The notes under the pieces were generated by a model, which saw only the letters and a list, made by a program, of their open reading frames with translations, did not search any database and had not been told where the DNA came from. The translations under genes and the position numbers were made by a program. A DNA stretch of 64,000 nucleotides from Octopus vulgaris (lineage: Eukaryota). Numbering within the stretch: the stretch's first letter is position 1; every line of letters begins with the position of its first letter. Of the stretch, positions 13,621-26,213 are shown in pieces. The stretch is taken from NCBI GenBank assembly GCA_951406725.2, contig OX597839.1, positions 30,132,001-30,196,000 on the forward strand, written 5' to 3'.

Positions 13621-15534
13621 GTATTCGTTGATCAACCTTATGTGTCTGCCTGTCTTCTTTTCTCTGACTTCAACAGTGAAATTACTTTCTCAAATTAATT
13701 TCTTAAACTTATCAACTACCTTACTGTCGGGTGTTGCACCTACAAACATTACACTTTCAAAGCTTTTGCTAACTAAAACCAACACCTTGTCATCATCATC
13801 ATCATCATATGTCCGTATTTCCATCCTGGCATGATTTGGGTGGGTTGACAGAAGCTGACTGCTCAGGGGACTGCGCAAAACTCTTCTCTCTACTGTGATA
13901 TGGTTTTATGGCAGGGTGCCCTTCCTAACACTAACCATTTTACAGAGTGAACTGGGTGCTTTATTTACATGGCACCAGCACTAAAAGGGCCACCAAGTAA
14001 CTTGCTAGACCAAAAAACCCCCTTCAGCTGAGAGTGGGGAGTAATAGGAGCGGGGTGCACTTTGTGCCAGTTTGATAAGAAATTAAAGGTATAGAGGAGC
14101 AGAGATTGGTGTCTTGTAGAGTAGATAGATATGGAGGATAAGAAAGAAGGTTGGGTTAGAGAGTAAGATGAAGTGAGGGAGTCAGTTATGTGTTATTTTC
14201 TTGAAATATTCTATTCAAAAATTTGTTTTGATATATTTCTTCTGCATAATTTTAAAAAGAAATATTTCAAAACCTTTTCTCAAATATATTGTGCACCTGA
14301 CTCTATCTAATCTTTTGTAGGTGATAGGATAACTCCATTTGGAAGATAGAGTATTGGACATACTTTGGTTGATGATGATGTTAACACAGATAATTGTTGT
14401 TCGTTATTCATGTCTCACTTATGGAAGACTAGTTAGGAAGTTTTTGAACTTTTCATTTCTTGTTTTCCTAACTTCCATGGCTCCTTTCATTCTTCTGAAA
14501 ATCAATCAATCTTATCCACAGAGACTCCTTTCTCTTCCTAATGTTAATAAGTACCCTTTATATTAATATCAACATTTGCCACATTCCTTCTGTTCTCAGG
14601 AAGTAAATTAGCTTTGCTTGATGAGGACTTATAATCCATATAATATTGTTAAGCTTTTTCTAGCTTGTAAGCAGGTGGTTTTAGTGATTAAGTTGGCTTT
14701 GTTATCTCAGTGAACTGTTCTTTCAGTAGACTGTTGAATAACCTTTGAGCTTTTATGGAGACTTGTTAGATATTGTTTTCAGTCAAAAGTTTTGCAATAT
14801 TTTGGTCACTTATTTGCATTATTCATCAGATTACAAGAGAAGCAGTCAAGCATTCAAAGTAGGGGGCCATCATGTTGCATCACCTGAAACCACCTTTCTG
14901 CCAGTTGTTGTGTTTTGAGGGAAAGAACTCCTTTATGAAGCTTCCACCTCCTTTTCTATTCGCTTTGCAACTTTGTTAATTGATATATTTCATTTATATT
15001 CGTGTTTTTGTTTATACTTTTTACACATCTTGGGCTTTGATTATTTTGTCTTATTAATTCTTTTTCTTGTTTTTCAGCAAAGATTTTCTCAAATCTTTGT
15101 TTCCAGGCTTTAGAATCATTATACAGTCTTTCCTTAAAACATTCTCTTTTCATATCTGATATCATGTTTATGTCTTAATCTTTTCTTCAAGTGAGTAACG
15201 TTTTCAGACCAGACCAAGACTGTTTTCCTTGCAGATATTATACATAATGCTCTGCTCATCTTGTATGGAGATGCAGATTATGCAAATGTAATCTTCCTCC
15301 ATTTATGTATTTCTACAACTTGAAGAAGAGTAAAGTCAACTCATTCTTCTAATTGTCATATTTTTCATTGTTTTAACTATTTCTCACAATATACACAATC
15401 TTATCTTATCCACTAATTCTATATCTTATGCAACGTAAACATTCTCCTTTTTAATCTTGAACTAAATTATACAGTTTTTATTGGTTTTGTTGAACTGTTT
15501 TTATGTTTTATTATTGTTTAAATTTTATTTTCAG

Positions 15535-15729
15535 GTTCAGAAAGTGTTTGATTTTATTAAGTCAATGCCAGGCTGTACAGCGTATGCAGAAGAGTTTCGC
15601 TCTCAAGAAATTGATGGCCAGGCTTTGCTTCTTCTCAAAGAAGATCATTTGATGACAGCCATGAACATGAAACTGGGGCCAGCATTGAAAATCTGTGCCA
15701 GGATTAATTCTTTGAAAGACAACTTCTAA
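15535..15729 (+). CDS. ph: Polyhomeotic-like protein, terminal exon (SAM domain)
   Basis: Acceptor ttttattttcag. Encodes VQKVFDFIKSMPGCTAYAEEFRSQEIDGQALLLLKEDHLMTAMNMKLGPALKICARINSLKDNF*. The EIDGQALLLLKEDHLM...KLGPALKI signature is characteristic of PHC/ph SAM domains. Confidence 0.95.
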   Translation, partial: VQKVFDFIKSMPGCTAYAEEFRSQEIDGQALLLLKEDHLMTAMNMKLGPALKICARINSLKDNF

Positions 15730-17250
15730 AACAAAAAAAAAGCAATAATAAAAATAAAAAAGTTCTTTTAATCCCATCCCCTCAAAAAAAAAAAAGAAGA
15801 CTTCTCAAAAGTTTATGTAACTTTTAAATTTTAACAGAAAACTTTTTTTACCAATTTTTTTAATTCAACAAACTGTGTCACTCATCCGAAATGATCCCAT
15901 CATTTGCTAAACCAACTGCACTGCATTTTCATAAACCATACTTAAATGCATTTTACCCTTTAATTTGTTGCTGCTCTCCACCACCATTTGCAGTAAACAA
16001 TAGTGCAATTAAGAGAATTCTTGTTCTATACACATACATAATGTGTATGTAATGTGAGTGTGCATGTGTGTGTGTGTGTGTGTGTAATATGTGTGTGTGT
16101 TGAACATAGTAATAACGATAATCTTAGTTTGTTCAAAGTAAATAACATTGTTCTCCTTATTGTAACTGCCAGCATCCATTCGTAATCATCAGTTTAATGG
16201 GTTTTTTTTAATTGAAAAAAGAAGAAAAAGCATAGAAGATACATTTCGGGTTGAAATTAATCAAAAAGTGTGACTCTTGTGCAAGTGTGAATATGACTTT
16301 CATTCTATAAATATCAGCATTTTTCAAGAAATTCACTGATCTTCAGTGTGATGTGATGCCCAGGTTTCATCTTTTCTCTGTTGAGTTCTTCATTATACAT
16401 TTCAGTAACTTCTCCTCCTCCCCCTCTCTCTCCTCTCTTTTTTGTATTTGATGTCTTTATTATTATTATTATTATTTCTCTCTGTGATGGAATTTATGAC
16501 TAGTTCTTGGTTTAATTCAGAACTATTAAGACATGGCAAATATCATTTTTTAATCACCCCCCCCCCCTATAATAATTGCACCAATTTATCTCATTTTCTA
16601 AAATATTCTTTTGGTTTGTTTTATTTATTTATTTTTTTGTTTGATTTGAAAAGAAGCTAAACATTCTTTGCTGTTTGTATAAGTTCCCTCCCTAAAAAAG
16701 GAAAAAAAAATGTAAATTTATTTTTTAATGTGCTGAGCCTTGTTAGAAAACCAATTTGACCAAGTTAATTCCTTTGAGAGCAGAACAGAAAGGAGGAAGA
16801 GATATTAATTAATAAAAACTGAATTTAAATAAAATTAGTAAAACAACAAAAAATGTAAATTATTTTTTTAAGCTTTTATAGCAGTGTTTTTTTTACTTTT
16901 TTTTTATTAATAATCTTCACAAAGAATTGGAGAATATCGTTAGCTGTCGTGGATCCTGTCAGTTTATCAGTTTCTGAGATATAGGGAAAGATTATATAAG
17001 AAAAATATTATGACTTAGATATTTACTTTCAGTTTGACTATTTAAAAATAGGCCTGTGTTTTTTCATGCTTGTTTTGGATTATATATCTTGTAGAGAAGT
17101 ACAGGGGTGGTGGAGGTCTCCCCCCCTTTATATTTCTACTTACTTTTTTTTTTTTGTTTTTCAAGTATTGTAGTTATATTTGTGGTTTTACCAATAGATA
17201 TTAAATGTAAGATTGGAAGTGAAATATGATGTTACTAGGTTTATATCAGA
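15730..17250 (+). other. Probable AU-rich 3' UTR of polyhomeotic (3' limit uncertain)
   Basis: TE-poor, U-rich sequence after the stop codon with several AATAAA motifs. Confidence 0.45.
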
Positions 17251-17402
17251 TCACAGTTTTAAAATTTCTGCAGATTTTACTTTTCCATTTAGAAGTTGGC
17301 CATCCTGCGTCCTGAATCAGTATTCTTCAACTCAAGAATTTGTAAGCAGCAAACATAAGAATTGTTGGCAGCAAACTGATAAGTTGTGTTTTCAGTTTTA
17401 TA

Positions 17403-20400
17403 AAGTTGTACCAGCAAAAATTCCAAAAGAAATGGCTTAAGATGCCAGCATTTACTAAGTGGTTGTGTGAAGTAACGAGTGACCAATCTAATGCACATTG
17501 CAGATATTGTAGCTGTAACATGTTGACAAAATATTCTCTTTTTTAGTAAGCCACTGTGAAGCAAAGAAGCATAAGGCATCAACTCCACAGCAAATGATTC
17601 CTCTTACCAATTTTATTAAAACAAAAAACGTGGAAGAGAGATACCAGCTGATCTGAGTGCTCTCTACCCACAATAACTGACACTGAAAAAAATCTAAAAA
17701 GACTACAGCAACTCAGGGAAACTAAACCAGAACAACCTGCCATCCTCTACACACCATCATAAACTGCAAGCAGGGTACAAATTGTTGTCCTTAAATGCTC
17801 GCAGTTTATGCAACAAAATACATTTGTTCAACGCCTACGTCAGAAGTATTGACCTTGACTTCATCACTGTCACGGAAACATGGGCGCATTCCTTACTCTG
17901 TGATGGGGTTTTCAACATTACGGGGTACAACCTCTTCCGTAAGGACCGCATTAACCGCCGTGGTGGTGGTGTGATGGTCTACGTTCGTTCAAATTTTTTC
18001 GGTAATTCCTTGTGCCGATTTGAACGAATCACAAGAAGTTTTTTTCTGTGACGTACGTATGACCATGTCAACACTCCTGCTTGGCGTTGTTTATCGTCCC
18101 CCAAATTACCATCAGGACACACAGCTTTGCGATATCCTCCGAGCTGCTGCCAGGAAAACAGCCTTTTATGTTTTTATTGCAGGCGATTTCAATCATCCTG
18201 AGATCAATTGGGAAACCTTCCATTGGCCACAGAGTGCAAACGATTTTGTTGAGCTTGTACTGGACTCAAACTGGTCACAAGTAGTCACCTCTCCAACAAG
18301 AGGCGACAACACCTTGGACCTGCTCTTCACCACAACTCCTGAAGCGGTTATCAATTGCACTACGGAGGAACCTCTAGGTGACTGATCATGCTATGATCGT
18401 CGCCAATTTGGCTCTTGCGGGCAACAAAAACCTGAACCATCTCCAATCTGCTTCCTTCGATTGGAAGAGAGCAGATTGGAACCTGTACCACACTGAACTA
18501 CAGCACCCAAACTGGCATGAATTTTACAACTCTGGAGATGTGAATACTATACTCCAGAGTATCCTGGACTCAATATGGGCAGCATGTGCAGCATCAGTGC
18601 CACGTAGGCAGAAAAAAAAGAACCGCCCCAAAAGGGCAATTTGGGAAACTTCAGCGGTCCAACTTGCCAGGAAGGAACGTCGGACTGCTGAATGGGAATA
18701 CAAGTTGCATAAATCAGACACCAACAGGAAGAAGCGGAATAAATCTTCCAACCATCTCAAGCAAGTGACAAAAAAAGCAGTGCTTGAATTTGAACAGTGC
18801 ATAGCAGCCAATCCTGACAGCAAGGTTTTCTGGAAATATGTGCATTCAAAGCAGAGACCTCACTCTCCAGTGGGCCCTCTTCGCAACCCTCACACAAACC
18901 AGATCACTGACGACCCCAAGGAATGCGCAGAACTCATTGCCGAGTGCTATGCAAACATTCACTGTTGAAAGTCAAAATGTACCATCTTCACCATCACTAA
19001 CAGCAAATTCCATAACAACTATGGAATTAACACCTGCAATGCTGCGACGTCACCTTCAAAATAAGCGCAACTATGCCTCCCCTGGTCTCGATGGAGTTAC
19101 ATACCTGCTTCTCAAACGTGGCAGGTACTTCCTTTTACACCAGCTTTCTATTTTCTTCCAGTACTGTCTCAACAATGGTGCTACTCCGGAGCAGTGGAAA
19201 ACTGCCAGTGTCATTCCTCTGTTCAAAAAGAGCGACCGCACATCACCTGTCAACTATCGCCCAGTCAGTCTCACTAGCTGTATTGCAAAACTGATGGAAT
19301 CGTGTGTCAGAGAAACACTCTGGATCTTCTGGGGCTCTCACAGTCTCATCCGACCCTCACAATATGGATTTGTCCCTAAATCCAGCTGCAGTGATCAGCT
19401 TGTCGAGTTCCTTGAGGACATTACTCAGATCACTGACAGTGGCTCATGGGTGGATGTTGTCTACCTTGACTTTGCTAAGGCTTTCAACTCCAAGCCACAC
19501 AAAAGGCTTATGGTGAAACTCTCTGCAATGGGTGTGAGGGATGACCTTTTTAACTGGTTGAAATCCTTCATTCTCAGCCGAAAGGAGGTAGTCACAGTTC
19601 TAGGACAGCATTCTACACCATATGAGATGTCATCGGGTGTACCACAGGGATCTGTCCTTGGTCCCCTCTTGTTTGTGGCATACATTAATGACATAGATGC
19701 CAATTTAAAGAATGCCACAGTATTGAAATATGCAGACGACATCAAGCTGTACCTTGAAATCAAGAGGACAGATCCTGATGTCTACAACTCTTTCCTGCAA
19801 TCAGACCTAGACACAATGCAGCAATGGATCACAGACTGGCAACTGAAACTGGCTGTGGACAAGTGTACCACCATGCATTTTGGGAGAAAAAACCCTGCGT
19901 CCACATACTCCCTCCACAACACTGATATCAAGAAATCCTCTTGCGAACGTGACCTAGGCATCACTGTCAGCAGTGATTTGCGTTGGACAAAGCATATCTC
20001 TAAAATTGTCAAGAAGGCCGAGGGTGTCTTGGCATCACTCAGCAAGACTTTTGTTAGCCGCTCTCCAGCCATCTATTTAAAACTGTATACAGCTATGGTA
20101 CGATCACACTTGGAATTCGCATCATCAGTTTGGAACCCCTATCTTGCTCAGAACATCGACCTCCTGGAATCTGTCCAGAGACGTGCAACCAAACACATAC
20201 CCTCCATCAGACACCTACCATATTCTGAGTGCCTTGTTTCCCTGGGCATGGATTCACTGAAGCTCCGGCGTCTGGCGACGGACTTGGTGAACACCCACAA
20301 AGTTATCAACCACCTCACCAACAACAACACTGAACACCTTTTTGATCTCCATGTGTCTAACACACGTGGACATGCCTACAAAGTCAGAAAACAACACAGC

Positions 20401-21700
20401 TCCCATGACTTTCGGAAACATTTTTTCACGCTCAGAGTTGCTGAAGCATGGAATAAACTGCCTGCGTCAGTTGTTGACTGCCATGACACTGCATCCTTTA
20501 AGGCCCTCATGCTTTCCGAAATCCGCCGAAACTACACCTGATTATATATACACTTTCGATGAGTTGTAGTGCACCTGAGCACTGTACACAATTATTATTA
20601 TTATTATTATTATTATTTATAAGACATCTATGCTTGAAGCAAATTTAGCAATGTTTCTTTGTTGCCACTCATTATTTAATAAACTGTGATCACTTAATAG
20701 AGTTATGTAAGAATTATATGTCTGATAGTGATATTATGTTCAAAGTGAAGTTGCATTGTACAAAATGTGCAAATATTGTGAGAAATGTTGTAGTTCCATA
20801 TTTTGATGGAGATTTGATTTCTGATACAGGAGATAGAAAATTTAGCCTGTTATTAGATGAATCCAAATGATATATCAATAAACAGGGTGTCAGGAATTGT
20901 TATATATTACAGTGTCACTCAGAAAAAAGTGGTGCATATATATCTCAGTATGGTATCTTTAGAAACATGTGATGCTGATGGCATTGTAGATGCCTTAAAA
21001 ATTGAATTAGTGAAAAAGAAATTAGATATAAAACATTTACTGGCTATAGGAACCGACAATGCTAGAGCAATGATAGGAGTCAACAATGGTGTTTCCCAGA
21101 AATTAAATGAAGTTCTATCATTAATTCTGTTTAGATGTGTATGTGTCATTCTTTACAGCTGGCAGTATTCCACACTTGTGCTGAAAATTTAAAATTTTCT
21201 GTATCCGTAACATAAAGCAAATTTAGGCTACAAGTTTGAGAGAAATATAGCAGAAATGATTATCAAGAAGACTGTAACAGCCACTGAAGAAAATAATATT
21301 TGCAAAAGAACACAACAATTTTTACTTTTTATAAAGAGTTCAAGTTAATATACTGAGGAATATCAAATGTTTTCAGCAGAGAATACTTTGCAGCATTTCA
21401 AAGAGCCAATTTTACCAGTCTTAGAAGCAGTGCATTTAAATGAAGATAAAATTGCTTCAATTGAAATTCAGTTTCATAACACTCATTTAGTTAAATGGAC
21501 AAATACATCTGATACTGAAAGTCTTGGAATATAAAAGATGCTCCTGGAGGAAATCCTTTTAGAGATGTCGTAAATTTTGCCATTAATCTATTGACATTGC
21601 CAAACTCAAATGGAAAAGTCGAACAGTTGTTCAGTAGTATGGGAGTAATCAAATCAAAATTCCGAAACACATAATTAACAAGATTGGGACCTTGGATGTA
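17403..21700 (+). mobile_element. Degenerate hAT transposase, split by a LINE insertion
   Basis: N-terminal zinc finger YQQKFQKKWL..FTKWL...AHCRYC...HCEAKKH at 17403-17630. It resumes at ~20620 (KTSMLEANLAMFLCCHS...FSLLLDES...IGTDNARAMIG) and ends with a hAT dimerisation-like motif (LLTLPNSNGKVEQLFSSMGVIKSKFRN, ~21590-21670). Multiple frameshifts. Confidence 0.75.
17630..20618 (+). mobile_element. CR1/L2-group LINE, near-complete ORF2 (AP endonuclease + RT), frameshifted, (ATT)n tail
   Basis: APE motifs LNARS, VTETW, GDFNHPEINW, PTRGDNTLDL and DH. RT motifs NYRPVSLTS, YLDFAKAF, GVPQGSVLGPLLF and YADD. Three frameshifts (~18000, ~18380, ~18965). (ATT)n tail at 20591-20618. Confidence 0.92.
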
Positions 21701-22227
21701 TACAGAAGTCAAGACCTAGGCACTGCAGCTGGAAGGGATCAAATCAGTGAAATTCAAGAAATTATTTCTCAATGCTGAATATAATTAAAGAAAGTAAATC
21801 AAAATGTAAGTAAAAATTAAGTTTTTTGATATAATTAGTCTTTAGCATTTTCTAGCTTTTTTTTTTTTGTGGCGGGGGTATTTTTTCTACTTGAAATTTA
21901 GCATAAAATTCTGATCTTAAGTTGGTAACACTGATTTTGAGCCTACGTTCTTCTACAGAAGAGAAATCAGATGGAAAGAGAGAAAAAAATGTCTCTGGAT
22001 TAATGGTTGCAAGAGAGAGAGAGAGTATTTGATTTTGAGGCACAAAACAACATGCTAAAAACAAAAAGTATGCTGAAATAAGACCCCTGTATATTACAGG
22101 TATCTATTTTGTAAACTATATACAATGAAGACAAGAAAAGTAACATCAACTTAATTCATTTCAGCTTCAAATACCGATTTCTTTTAACTAAGTTTCGGAC
22201 AACTTTTACAGAGGAATTGACTTTAGT

Positions 22228-24527
22228 ATCATCATCATCATCATCATTTAACGTCCACTTTCCATGTTAGCATGGGTTGGACGATTTTGACTGAGGGCTG
22301 GCAAACCAGATGGCTGCACCAGGCTCCAGTCTTGATCTGGCAGAGTTTCTACAGCTGGATGCCCTTCCTAACGCCAACCACTCCGAGAGTGTAGTGGGTG
22401 CTTTTTACGTGCCACTGGCACGGGGACCAGTTAGGCGGTACTGGCAATGACCTCGCTCGAATCCTTTTACACGTGCCACCGGCACAGGTGCCAGTGAAGC
22501 GACGTTGGTAATGGTCACACTCGAATGGTGCCCTTTTATGTGCCACGGGTATGGAAGCCAGTTGGCTGCTCTGGCAACGATCACACTCATATGGTGCTCT
22601 TTGCACCCCGCTAGCACGGATGCCAGTCATTGAAATGATTTTGATTTTGATTTCACTTGCCTCAACAGGTCTTCACAAGCAGAGTTTAGTGACCAAAGAA
22701 GGAAAAGGTACGCATAAGCAGGCTGGTTATGCTCCTGGCATAGGCCATGGGTTATGGTCTCATCTGGCTTGCCGGGTCTTCTCACGCACGGCATATTTCC
22801 AAAAGTCTCGGTTGCTAGTCATTTCCTTGGTGAGGCCTAATGTTTGAAGGTCGTGCTTCACCACATCATCCCAGGTCTACCTCTTCCACAGGTTCCCTCA
22901 ACCGCTAGGGTGTGGCACTTTTTCACACAGCTATCCTCATCCATTCTCGCCACATGACCATACCAGTGCAGTCGTCTCTCTTGCACACCACATCTAATGC
23001 TTCTTAGGTCCAACTTTTCTCTCAAGGTACTTACACTCTGTTGAGTATGCACACTGACATTACACATCCATCGGATCATACTGGCTTCATTCCCTGCGAG
23101 CTTACGCATGTCCTCAGCAGTCACAGCCCATGTTTCACTGCTGTGTAGCATGGCTGTTCATACACATGCATCATACAGTCTACCTTTTACTCTGAGCGAG
23201 AGACCCTTTGTCACCAGCAGAGGTAAGAGATCTCTGAACTTTGCCCAAGCTATTCTTATCCTAGCAGCTACACTTTCAGCATACCCTCCTCCGCTACTGA
23301 CTTGGTCACCTAGATAACGGAAGCTATCAACTTCTAGTTTTTCTCCCTGGAATGTGGCAGAAGTCGGTCTCTGCATATTTTCAGCATTTATCGCTCCCGA
23401 GCATCTGCCACATACAAAAACTATCTTCCCAGTTAGCCTTCCTTTGATATTACTGCACCTGTTATGTGTCCATAGCTTACACTGGGTACATCTTATAGAG
23501 TTTCTACCTACACCTCTACTACAGATTGAGCAGGGCCATCTACCTGAAGGGATTTGTGGTTTGCCTGCCTTCCTACTTATTAGGACTTTGATTTTAGCTA
23601 GGTTGACTCTAAGGCCCTTCGATTCTAATCCTTGTTTCCACACTTGAAACTTCTCCTCTAGTTCTGATAGTGACTCAGCAATTAGAGCAAGGTCGTCAGC
23701 ATAGAGGGGCTCCCAGGGGCATCCTGTCTTGAATTCCTCCGTTATTGCCTGGAGGACTATGATAAATAGGTGCCTGAGGACTGAACACTGGTGGACCCCA
23801 AATTCTACCTTGAATTCTTCAGTGTACTCGTTGCCAACCTTTACCTTAGTTACAGCGTCCCTGTACATGGCTTGCACAGCTCTCACTAACCATTCATCTA
23901 TCCCTAGTTTCCTCATTGACCACCAGATAAGGGATTGAGGGACCCTGTCAAAGGCTTTCTCCATGTCAACGAAAGCCAGGTACAGGGGCTTATCTTCGGC
24001 TAGGTATTTCTCATGCTGCTGTCTTACCAGAAATATGGCATCAGTGGTGCTTTTCCCTGGCATGAACCCAAACTATATCTCATCCAAGTTGACTTTCTCC
24101 AATCAGTTGGGCTATGACCCTCTCCGTAACCTTCATTACCTGATCCAACAGCTTGATACCCTTGTAGTTATTTGTATCTAGGGCATCACCTTTACCTTTG
24201 TAGCAGTTGACTATTATGCTGCTACACCAGTCATTGGTTATGACTCCTTCGTGTATCACCTGGTTAACTATACGGGTGACTAGGCTATAGCCAACACTGC
24301 CAGATATTTTGAGCATCTCTGCAGCAATTCCTGATAGGCCTGGGGCTTTCCCTGTCTTCATGCTTCTAATTGCCTTAACTACTAAGGAACTGTCAACTCG
24401 GATAGCTGGTCCCTCTGTTGGCTCGACATTCGGCAGACTCTCTTTATCCCATTAATTTTCTTTATTCAGCAACCTTTCATAGTGGCGTCTCCAAACCACT
24501 CTCTTTGCAGCCTCATTTAGTGCAAGC
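22228..24527 (-). mobile_element. RTE-clade LINE, 5'-truncated (RT, PHD-like finger, structured 3' UTR, (GAT)n tail)
   Basis: ORFs 24080-24361, 23158-24063 and 22858-23151 contain KGKGD..NYKGIKLL, STTDAIF, FVDMEKAFD, YADD and CSICSRGVGRNSIRCTQCKLWTHNRC...CGRC. (CAT)n on the + strand at 22228-22247. Confidence 0.93.
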
Positions 24528-24529
24528 TA

Positions 24530-25090
24530 AAATGATACCTTCTACGAAAAAGTTGTAAACTATAAACTACAAAAAACAATGAAAAATCTTGCATCCTTAA
24601 TACTTCTACGTGGAAAAGACCTGACAGAAAAAGAGACACAACATCACGAACTTCAAATGTAAACATAGTCTTTTTTACGGCCTCCCTAAAATACACAAGA
24701 GCAAGATAATTAACAATCACCAGGCAAAAATATGTAAATATCCAAATGCCAGAAGACTTAAGGTTAAGGCCCATTATAGATGGCCCAGTCTGTGAAACCC
24801 ACTGCTTAAGCAATTTTCCAGACATCCTACTGTAACCCTTGCTGAAATACATCAAAAGTTTCATGAAAGATGATTTAGACATGCCAGAGTTCCTACCAAA
24901 AACAATTAAGGAAGAGGCAATATTGGTTTCCTTTGATGTTATCAATCTTTACACCAACATCCCACATGACCATGGAATAAAAGCAATCAAATTCTGGTTG
25001 GAAAAGTAGCCTGAAGAAAAACACATATGAAATCTTTTGTTCTCTTTCAATAATTATTTTTCAATGCCTGTAAGATTCTTTGGTATCTTG
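24530..25090 (+). mobile_element. Penelope-like element RT fragment
   Basis: Manual translation FYGLPKIHKSK...LRPIIDGPVCETHCLSNF...ILVSFDVINLYTNIPHDHGIKAIKFWL matches PLE RT motifs (YGLPKIHK, RPII, SFDV.SLYTNIP). Internal stops are present. Confidence 0.85.
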
Positions 25091-25769
25091 ATAAAATAAC
25101 TTTCTTCCCTCTCTTTCTTTCAGTTTTTCTTTGTCAACAATCCTTTGTAATTGATGTGACAAGGAAACTTGAAAGTTACAAAAAATATGAGAGCAGAAAT
25201 AATAACCAAATCTCCAAAAGACCTTTTTTTGCAATTCTGTCACAGTATTCCTCATTTTACTGCAGGAAATTTCTCTGAAAGAAATCTTTGCAGAAAGTTA
25301 AGTAGATTGATTATATATTTCTTTCATTATTTTATCGCAGTTTTTTTTTTTTACCCAACAAATTCCTGTGAGATTTGGCTGTTATTTCTAGCATGTGGAT
25401 AGCCTGCTTGAAGGCTATAGAATTGGGTGGGGAGGGGGTGGGGTAACTTTGTTTTTTTGAAAAATTGAAATTTTACAAAACATTTTTTATTTAGAATCAT
25501 AATCTCCATATTTTTCAATGTATTTCACCCAAAAGATTTCTGAAGAAAGTGAAAAATGAAGAAATGGGGTGGGGGATTGAAATTTTGAACTTGCAATTTC
25601 TGCCAATTTTTTTCAGAATCGGAATCTCCATAACCGAAATTGTGGGTTTCTGTTAAAAAAAAAATTTTTTTAAGGGAGGGAGGGGTTGGGTTACGTCTCC
25701 ACTTTGTATTTATTGCATGACCAACCTTGGAAGTTACCACATGCAAAATATGTGCATGTGTGTATGTAA

Positions 25770-26166
25770 TCTCTCTCTATATAAAGCTGAAGTTGTCTGT
25801 GTGTGGCAGGTTTGGGTAGCCTTCAACTAACACTATCTCCTCCGAGACCCTGTGGCACAAGTTGGCCAAAATTGAGAGGATGATAGAAGGCTTGCTCTTC
25901 ATTCCATAGAAGAAACAATTCAAATCGGACCATGTTAAGACCAAAAATTATTTACATCAAAAAGATGCTTTTTTTTCTATGAAAATCCCTATTTTTTATG
26001 ATCTTTTGACTGCTGTGTCACCATTTTTCGGTGTATTTCAACCAGAAGAATGTTCACTTAAAGAGAATAACAAGCTACATAATGCAAAATTTTTACTTTT
26101 CAAAAATTCCAATTCTAAAGGGTCGAAAGGAAAACAAGCCCGAGCAACGCTGGGCGATACTGCTAG
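25770..26166 (+). mobile_element. Non-autonomous Helitron
   Basis: 5' A|TC(TCTC)TATATAAAG start, GC-rich 3' hairpin GCCCGAGCAACGCTGGGC (26138-26155) and a CTAG|T terminus. No TSD. Confidence 0.75.

Positions 26167-26213
<47 letters not shown>

Noticed and set aside
17100-22091. TACAGGGGT...ACCCCTGTA as termini of the hAT element
   Set aside because: Only a 9-bp match and no 8-bp TSD, so the boundaries are not supported.
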